Shown here in pieces: positions 57,988 to 64,000 of a stretch of 64,000 nt of DNA (the stretch's first letter is position 1; each line of letters begins with the position of its first letter). The DNA is from a virus (Duplodnaviria; Caudoviricetes), in the IMG/VR virus record IMGVR_UViG_3300017700_000409, positions 9,240-73,239 of that record. One strand, 5' to 3'. A model generated the notes under the pieces. That model did no database searches and was not told the DNA's origin. It was given only the letters and a program-made list of their open reading frames with translations. A program made the translations under genes and the position numbers.

Positions 57988-58377
57988 ATGACATTACGGG
58001 AAGAGAATGACCGCCGAGATAGGCGCGACTTAGATCGCAAGTTTGAGAAGCTTGATATGGACATAAAGAATGTTGCCGCCATTCACGCTCAAGAGATGAG
58101 CGACATGGAAGGCCGGATGTCCGAAGTCGCTACATGGCAAGGAACCCATGATGCGAAAGACGAAGAGAGATGGAAGAACAACGGAGAGAAGTGGGCAGCT
58201 AACGATAAAAGGCATGAAGGCATGGACCTAAAGCTCAACGCCATCATCGGCACATCAATCCTAACACTTCTATCTGCTCTTGGCTTCTTCGTGACGCTCT
58301 GGATTGATCGTCAAGAAGGCAAGTCAGCGGCAGCAAAAGAACCTCCCCGTATTGCCCAACAATGGGAAAACCAATGA
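57988..58377 (+). CDS. Coiled-coil protein with C-terminal TM helix
   Basis: Charged heptads followed by AIIGTSILTLLSALGFFVTLWI. Confidence 0.6.
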   Translation: MTLREENDRRDRRDLDRKFEKLDMDIKNVAAIHAQEMSDMEGRMSEVATWQGTHDAKDEERWKNNGEKWAANDKRHEGMDLKLNAIIGTSILTLLSALGFFVTLWIDRQEGKSAAAKEPPRIAQQWENQ

Positions 58378-58610
58378 GCGTCTTGCCCCGTATCTGCTAC
58401 CCTTTATCCGAGGATGCTGAATATAGGGCAGGGCCTCGGAAGTGGAGCGTTATTTGTAAGGTTAAGGACGCGAGCGGGAAGATGGTTATCAAGTCGCCAC
58501 CTGTCAATGTTATTGCCTTAAGTGAAGCGGCGGCTAATCAAAAGGCCATCGCCAATCTCAAGGCGCAAGGTTTCTCTTCGGTTGAAGTCTACAGCACAAT
58601 GGAGATATGA
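58374..58610 (+). CDS. Small head-module protein with MSVLP leader (copy A)
   Basis: MSVLPRICYPLSED-A...; ATGA overlap with upstream stop. Confidence 0.65.
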   Translation: MSVLPRICYPLSEDAEYRAGPRKWSVICKVKDASGKMVIKSPPVNVIALSEAAANQKAIANLKAQGFSSVEVYSTMEI

Positions 58611-58611
58611 A

Positions 58612-58812
58612 ATGAGTGTCCTTCCGAAGATCGCCACACCTAACTCCTTGGCTATGGATCAGAAATGGACTGTAGAAACCATTGACGAAGGCACTCCACA
58701 CAAGATCAAAAACCTGGAAGCCTCTTCTTATGAGGGTGCGATTGAACGAGCAAAGAGAGTTTATCCACACTTGAAAGAACGGAAGCTAAAGGCTTTCATC
58801 ACAGGCATTTAA
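58612..58812 (+). CDS. Small head-module protein with MSVLP leader (copy B)
   Basis: MSVLPKIATPNSLAMD-Q...; SD GGAG at 58601. Confidence 0.65.
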   Translation: MSVLPKIATPNSLAMDQKWTVETIDEGTPHKIKNLEASSYEGAIERAKRVYPHLKERKLKAFITGI

Positions 58813-58824
58813 AGGCAGAGCGCC

Positions 58825-59628
58825 ATGCCCAAGAAAACAAATGAAACAATCCTCCCGTCCATCAAGCCCAATGCTGTTTTGGAAGCTCGCTTCCGCAAGC
58901 GCCTAAATGCTTTGATCGAGGAGATGAACAAGTCCGTTATCTATTGGATCGCAGCCCAGTGGCGCAAGGACACTCCAGTATTGGCCGAGGACGCGAAGCG
59001 GAGGACCCCGGCTGATAAGCTCGCTGAACAAATGGAAGAGCTAGCGGAGAAGTGGAAGGCTCGCTTTGATGAGGCAGCGGAAGAGTTATCCGAATACTAT
59101 GCCCAAGGCATAGCAGACCGTTCAGACAAGCAGTTGCGCGCGGCACTTCGCAAGTCGGGCTTCTCGGTCGAGTTCAAGCCGACCAAGGCCCAAAAGGATA
59201 TCATCTCAGCGACAGTCCACGAGAGCGCAGCACTTATCAAGTCAATCCCGGACAAGTATCTAACGGACGCAACCGGGGACATTATGCGTTCAGTCCAAAA
59301 GGGCGGGGACCTAGCGGGGCTCTCTAAGAAGCTCCAAGAGAACTACGGGGTGACGAAGCGTAGAGCACACACGATTGCCCGCGATCAGAACAACAAGGCA
59401 ACCGCTGCCTTGAACCGGGGCAGGCAGATCGAGTTGGGGATCACCGAGGCGATATGGCGCCATAGTCACGCAGGCAAGTCTCCTCGCCCAACGCATGTGA
59501 AGATGAACGGGAAACGCTACAACGTTGACGAGGGAATGTGGGACTCAGCTGTTGGTGAATATGTCCTGCCTGGACAGCTTATCAATTGCCGGTGTACTTC
59601 CCGCTCGGTCATAAAGGGGTTCATCTGA
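58825..59628 (+). CDS. MuF/SPP1 gp7-like head morphogenesis protein
   Basis: RRAHTIARDQNNKA, AIWRHS...PRPTH, PGQLINCRC. Confidence 0.9.
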   Translation: MPKKTNETILPSIKPNAVLEARFRKRLNALIEEMNKSVIYWIAAQWRKDTPVLAEDAKRRTPADKLAEQMEELAEKWKARFDEAAEELSEYYAQGIADRSDKQLRAALRKSGFSVEFKPTKAQKDIISATVHESAALIKSIPDKYLTDATGDIMRSVQKGGDLAGLSKKLQENYGVTKRRAHTIARDQNNKATAALNRGRQIELGITEAIWRHSHAGKSPRPTHVKMNGKRYNVDEGMWDSAVGEYVLPGQLINCRCTSRSVIKGFI

Positions 59629-59846
59629 TGTCCGTTCTTCCGAAGATCGCTCTGCCTAATTCTTTGGCTATGGACGCGAGTGAGTTTTATAACAGCAAGT
59701 CCGAAGCAATTGAAGCCGCAAAGAAGGCCCGAGAGAAGGGCCGCACAGTAAAGATATTCGAGCACAAGCAGAACATTGTTCATGCGAACAGCGGTGGAAG
59801 CCAGAGGGCGGAGACTGCTGTGAGGTACGAAGTCAAGGATGTCTAA
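59628..59846 (+). CDS. Small head-module protein with MSVLP leader (copy C)
   Basis: MSVLPKIALPNSLAMD-A...; TGATG overlap with MuF stop. Confidence 0.65.
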   Translation: MSVLPKIALPNSLAMDASEFYNSKSEAIEAAKKAREKGRTVKIFEHKQNIVHANSGGSQRAETAVRYEVKDV

Positions 59847-60157
59847 TGCCCCGAGAACCAACCCGAGATTTCGACTTCTTCAAACGGGTCATGAAACGTT
59901 GCCGACAATTCGGAATGAATGATTCCGAGATTGCGCGCGGCCTGGGCGTAAACCCGAGAACTGTTATATTTCACATAGGCCCAGGACGTACTTGGGCGAA
60001 AACAAAGAAGGCGAATAATTTTCTTGGCCGTGTAATGAGCCGCTTGATAACCGCCCCAATTCGTTTGAAACAGAAAGACATTGCGGAGTTGTATGGCTTC
60101 TCTTCCGCTTATGTCTGCGTGCTGATTAAAGAAGCCCGCTATCCTTGGACTATTTAA
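59846..60157 (+). CDS. Double-HTH protein
   Basis: MNDSEIARGLGVNPRTV and KQKDIAELYGFSSAYV helices. Confidence 0.55.
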   Translation: MPREPTRDFDFFKRVMKRCRQFGMNDSEIARGLGVNPRTVIFHIGPGRTWAKTKKANNFLGRVMSRLITAPIRLKQKDIAELYGFSSAYVCVLIKEARYPWTI

Positions 60158-60179
60158 CCGCACAACCCGCACAAAGGAT

Positions 60180-60714
60180 ATGAATATGAACCTCCCGCTT
60201 GATAGTGAGCCGTTTAAATTCACAGAAGAACAACTCAAAGCCTTGACGACCACCATGGAGCCCCCGCCTCGGGATGTTGATGCGGAAATTAAGGGCGAGT
60301 TGATCAAGGCAATTGGTTATCTCTTCCCGAGCATCGGCCTATTTCTTCGCACAATCGCAACTGCGAAGGAGGAGAACCGCAATGTTATTATCCCGGTGGT
60401 TTTCACTTGCGATGGTAAGGTTCTTATCCAAGAGCCAATTGTTATTAAGTCGCAGGAAGTGGCTCCGAAACCCGAGGAGAAGGGCGCTGAGGAAAAAGGC
60501 ACGGATGGCGCTGCGCCGGTGAGTGCCTAGCATGGAGAGGACGGATGCCGAACGTGCGACTGACATAAGAAATGAGCTTAGGCCTCATCTTAATGCTGTC
60601 GCTGACGTGTTGGAAAAATCAAAACAATTAGGCTTAACAGTTCGTTTCGATATTGGCAATGACAGCAACAATCGGGTTGTCGTCAAGGAAATAACAATTT
60701 CCAAACCTCTATAG
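60180..60714 (+). other. Two hypothetical ORFs (60180-60530, 60523-60714)
   Basis: Tandem ORFs before the protease gene. Confidence 0.5.
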
Positions 60715-60721
60715 GTGATAC

Positions 60722-62818
60722 ATGAACGCAATTGTAAAACAGATCGCAGAGAAATTTTCCTCAGTCAAGGATATCTCGACTGGTAACGGCAAAATTACTT
60801 TGGCGCTCGGCAAGGATATGTTGCCCGAGGAGATGGACCAGTTGCGTTCATTAATTGATAAGTTCTTTTCGGAAGAGAAGGTGGAGAAGGAACACCAAGA
60901 TGGGCCGGGTGGACAAAAGCTCGGTGGCGGCTTGGTGCTCCTCGCTCCCACGGGCCGTGTCCTTCTTCTTAAGCGCGCGGACCATGAAAAGAATTATGGA
61001 GGCCATTGGGGGCTCCCGGGCGGGAAGGCAGAAGACGGGGAAGGCCCCGAGGATGCTGCCGCCCGGGAGTGTTTTGAAGAGACGGGCTACCAAGCCGTTG
61101 AAGTTGGCGAAGAGATTAGCAACGTCAACACTCCAAACGGGTTCAACTTCGTAACCTTCCTTCACAAATGCCCCGCTGAGTTTGTTCCTGACTTATCGGA
61201 TGGCGAGCACTCTGCCTTCCAGTGGGTTGAGCCGGGTTCGCCTCCCGAGATGACACATCCTGGCGTAGCGGAGACGCTCGCGGGATTAAATGTGTCGCAA
61301 GCCTCTGACTCAATCGCTTTCGATTGGAGCACTGTCCGGGACTTCGATGACGTTGGGCGAATGAAGGTCGCGTTGGCGCACATCTCTAAAGCTTGCGTCA
61401 ATCCATACTATGGAAAAGAAATCCCCGGCTGCGAAGCCTTGGGCCTCGATCCAGAGCGTATTTACCAATTGTTCCGCGACCCTAATGAACTGGAGAAGGC
61501 CGCGAGTACATTCAACAATATTCAAATTCTCATCCGACACACCCCGGTGACCGCTGACGATCATAAGCCGGATGAGATTGTGGGCACCACCGGGACTGAG
61601 GCTGCGTTCAATCCGCCTTATCTGGACAACTCGTTAACGATCTGGTCAAAGGAGGGGATTGCCGCGATACAAAGTGGATTACAAAAAGAACTGTCGTGCG
61701 GATATGGATACACCCCAGTCATGGAGCCCGGGGAATATCAAGGGCAACCCTATGATGGGCGCATGACGAATATCAGGGGTAATCACGTCGCCCTTGTGAG
61801 CAAGGGCCGTGCTGGCCCTGATGTTGTAGTTGGAGATGAAGCACTCAAACCCAAACAGGAGAAACAGATGAAGACAAAGCCGCTCTCACGGACGGCAGTC
61901 ATGGTCAGGGCGGCTCTTACCGCCTTCATCATGCCGAAGATCGCTCTGGATCAGGAATTGAAACTGACCACGGCGCTCACGACCGGATTGAAGGACTTCA
62001 ACCGGAAGGCCATGGAAAAGAAAGGCTTCAAAGAGGCCATCATCAAGATGGCGCGGGACGCGGCTGAGCCGCTGCTGCCTGAACCCGTAAAGAAAGAGGG
62101 CATTGGACCGGATGCGGTCATGATGCGCCTCCTCGATATGGTCGAAGGTCAGGCGACTTCCGAAGCTCCGGAGATGGATGCGGCAGGCGTTGCCGGCCCT
62201 GAAGCCGCAGTCGAGGAAGATGCCGCAGCGGTTGCGGCTCCTGGCGAGGATGGTGGTGAATGGCGCAAGTCAGCTATTGACGCCATGGTCCAGAAAGGCA
62301 TGTCGGAAGACGATGCCAATGCTATCTGCGACATGTTCCCGAAGACCGGGGCAAGTGATGTGAAGGAAGAAGACACATCAAATGCCGAGGATAACGAGGA
62401 AGAAGTTGCGGAAGACGATACCGAAACCCCTGAACAGAAAAAAGCCAAGGAGGAAGAAGTGAAGAAAGCCCAGGATGCGGCAATCACCACCGCCAAGACG
62501 GAAGTCAAAGCGGAAATGTTCCAGACCCTGAAAGATATCCGCGCTGCTGAAAAGGCCGTGCGTCCTTTGATCGGGGAAGTCTCTATCGCTGCCGACAGCG
62601 CCGCTGAAATCTATATCGCGGCACTCAAGCACTGTGGTGTCGCAACCGATGGCGTTCACCCCTCTGCCTTGCCGGCCTTGGTCGAAATGGCAGTCAAGAG
62701 CCGTGACACCAAGAAGACCAACCATGTTGTCGGTGACGCTGCCCTCTCGGGTGACGTCCTCGCTACATTTGAAAAGGACAACGGCATTGCTAGCCGTTCT
62801 GTCCGCGTCCTCAACTAA
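60722..62818 (+). CDS. Nudix hydrolase - DUF2213 prohead protease - scaffold fusion
   Basis: Complete Nudix box G-KAEDG-E-GPEDAAA-RECFEETGY; DUF2213 motifs (ISKACVNPYYGKEIP, KELSCGY, NHVALV..GRAG); acidic scaffold tail. Confidence 0.9.
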   Translation: MNAIVKQIAEKFSSVKDISTGNGKITLALGKDMLPEEMDQLRSLIDKFFSEEKVEKEHQDGPGGQKLGGGLVLLAPTGRVLLLKRADHEKNYGGHWGLPGGKAEDGEGPEDAAARECFEETGYQAVEVGEEISNVNTPNGFNFVTFLHKCPAEFVPDLSDGEHSAFQWVEPGSPPEMTHPGVAETLAGLNVSQASDSIAFDWSTVRDFDDVGRMKVALAHISKACVNPYYGKEIPGCEALGLDPERIYQLFRDPNELEKAASTFNNIQILIRHTPVTADDHKPDEIVGTTGTEAAFNPPYLDNSLTIWSKEGIAAIQSGLQKELSCGYGYTPVMEPGEYQGQPYDGRMTNIRGNHVALVSKGRAGPDVVVGDEALKPKQEKQMKTKPLSRTAVMVRAALTAFIMPKIALDQELKLTTALTTGLKDFNRKAMEKKGFKEAIIKMARDAAEPLLPEPVKKEGIGPDAVMMRLLDMVEGQATSEAPEMDAAGVAGPEAAVEEDAAAVAAPGEDGGEWRKSAIDAMVQKGMSEDDANAICDMFPKTGASDVKEEDTSNAEDNEEEVAEDDTETPEQKKAKEEEVKKAQDAAITTAKTEVKAEMFQTLKDIRAAEKAVRPLIGEVSIAADSAAEIYIAALKHCGVATDGVHPSALPALVEMAVKSRDTKKTNHVVGDAALSGDVLATFEKDNGIASRSVRVLN

Positions 62819-62844
62819 AGCAACAATGAATAGGAGAAATTGAT

Positions 62845-64000
62845 ATGGGTTTTCCCCGTCAAGTAAACGTCCAGCCCGCGGTTGCGGTTGCTGGTGACTT
62901 CGCTTCGGACAATCCGCGCGCGACTGTTATTGCGGGCGTTGGTGCGTTCATCGCTGGCGCTCTCGGCCTGACTGTCGCGGCTTTCGCTTGGTCTGACCCG
63001 GATGATCCGGCTTTGCTCAACAGCTTTGGTTCCGGTCCTGTGACTGGCTTCATTGGTCGTGAAGGCCTTCGCGCGGATATCATCACCCCTGGCCCGGGAT
63101 ATCCGGATGCCAGCATGACGATCCTCGGCGGCTCCTTCATTACCGCCTACAGCACCGGCGACTTCTTCGTTGTTAACAACGGCGCTGCGGCCTCGGTTAT
63201 TGGGCAGAAGGCATATGCCGACTTCTCGACCGGGCTGGCGAGCTTCGCGGCCACGGGCACTCCGCCCACTTCGGCTGTTATTGGCGCGGGCACGATTGCG
63301 AAGAACGTCTTGAACGTCTCCGCTATCGCGATCAACGCTTTCACCGGCTCGATCAGCGGCACCACCCTCACCGTCTCTGCCGTCGCCACAGGGGGCTTGT
63401 TCCCCGATCAGGTGATTGCGGGCGGTAATACGTCAAACCCGGTTGACCCCGGCACGGTTATCGTGTCGCAGTTGACGGGCTCTGCCGGCGGCACGGGCAC
63501 TTACGAAGTGTCCATCAGCCAGACTGTTGCTTCCGGGTCGATGACCGGCAGCGGTGGCTTGCTCACCGTCACCTCGCTTACCTCTGGCAAAGTTTGGGTG
63601 GGTCAGTCTATCACCCATTCCAGCGTCCAGGTCGGGACCTTGGTCACGGCGCAGGTTAGCGGAAGTGGCGGCGCTGGGACGTATGCCGTTAGCGTTGCGC
63701 AGACGGTTGCGAGCGTTGCGACTGGCGTTCTCTCAGGTGCCGTTCTTACCGCCACCACCCTCACCTCGGGTGCGTTGCGTGAGAATGATACCCTGTCGAG
63801 CACTTCCGGCACCTCCAGCATCCTCCCGTTCGGCACGGGCGGCACCACCGGGGTCGGCATCGGCGGCTCAACTACCTATGCCCTTAGCGATGATGGCAAC
63901 TACGGCGACACGGACTTCACTGTCAAGAGTGGCGTTGAAACGAAATGGTATGCGATGTCCGCCAATGCTGTTGGCGAACTCGTGACCATCAGTGCCACGC
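62845..64000 (+). CDS. Capsid decoration/minor head protein with inserted Gly/Thr-rich repeats (3'-truncated)
   Basis: SD AGGAG; MGFPRQVNVQPAVAVAGDFASDNPR N-terminus; open to window end; C-terminal ETKWYAMS..GELV. Confidence 0.8.
   Translation, partial: MGFPRQVNVQPAVAVAGDFASDNPRATVIAGVGAFIAGALGLTVAAFAWSDPDDPALLNSFGSGPVTGFIGREGLRADIITPGPGYPDASMTILGGSFITAYSTGDFFVVNNGAAASVIGQKAYADFSTGLASFAATGTPPTSAVIGAGTIAKNVLNVSAIAINAFTGSISGTTLTVSAVATGGLFPDQVIAGGNTSNPVDPGTVIVSQLTGSAGGTGTYEVSISQTVASGSMTGSGGLLTVTSLTSGKVWVGQSITHSSVQVGTLVTAQVSGSGGAGTYAVSVAQTVASVATGVLSGAVLTATTLTSGALRENDTLSSTSGTSSILPFGTGGTTGVGIGGSTTYALSDDGNYGDTDFTVKSGVETKWYAMSANAVGELVTISAT

Noticed and set aside
58761-58769. Perfect DnaA box TTATCCACA
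   Set aside because: Single copy inside a coding region; about one such 9-mer is expected by chance in both strands of 64 kb.
1-64000. CRISPR array or tRNA genes
   Set aside because: No regularly spaced 25-45 bp repeats and no cloverleaf with T-loop consensus were noticed.

Overview
The window is about 64 kb of a lytic-looking, contractile-tailed dsDNA phage genome, with no integrase, tRNA or CRISPR array recognised. It opens inside the tape-measure gene and ends inside a capsid-decoration gene, so the major capsid, sheath and tube genes fall outside it. It has three blocks. (1) 1-13.8 kb, + strand: baseplate, tail fibres and lysis. (2) 14.2-52.6 kb, - strand: many small early genes, an SF2 helicase, SSB, DnaE-type polymerase, DnaQ-like exonuclease, a nucleotide-metabolism cluster, a UvrD-like helicase, dCMP deaminase and an AEP primase. 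(3) 53.1-64 kb, + strand: a NusG paralogue, TerS, TerL, portal, MuF-like head protein, a Nudix-DUF2213 protease/scaffold fusion and a decoration protein. From memory, the architecture (DnaE, DnaQ, atypical ThyX, DUF1073 portal, DUF2213, DUF2612) resembles PB1-like myoviruses. A DnaA domain-IV protein, a stand-alone OmpR/CtrA-type winged helix and a SleB-type endolysin suggest an alphaproteobacterial host (inference). Two candidate undescribed systems stand out. (a) A putative DNA-base-modification pathway: a ThyX homologue lacking canonical catalytic/folate residues, next to a Glf-like flavoprotein, HAD phosphatase, SDR, VOC-fold protein and two all-alpha NTP pyrophosphatases, all upstream of dnaE. 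(b) A putative capsid-cargo system: three small head-module ORFs share an N-terminal leader MSVLP(K/R)I...(A/S)xD that copies a motif in the scaffold, and a Nudix hydrolase is fused to the prohead protease. All family assignments come from motifs recognised by eye; no searches were run.
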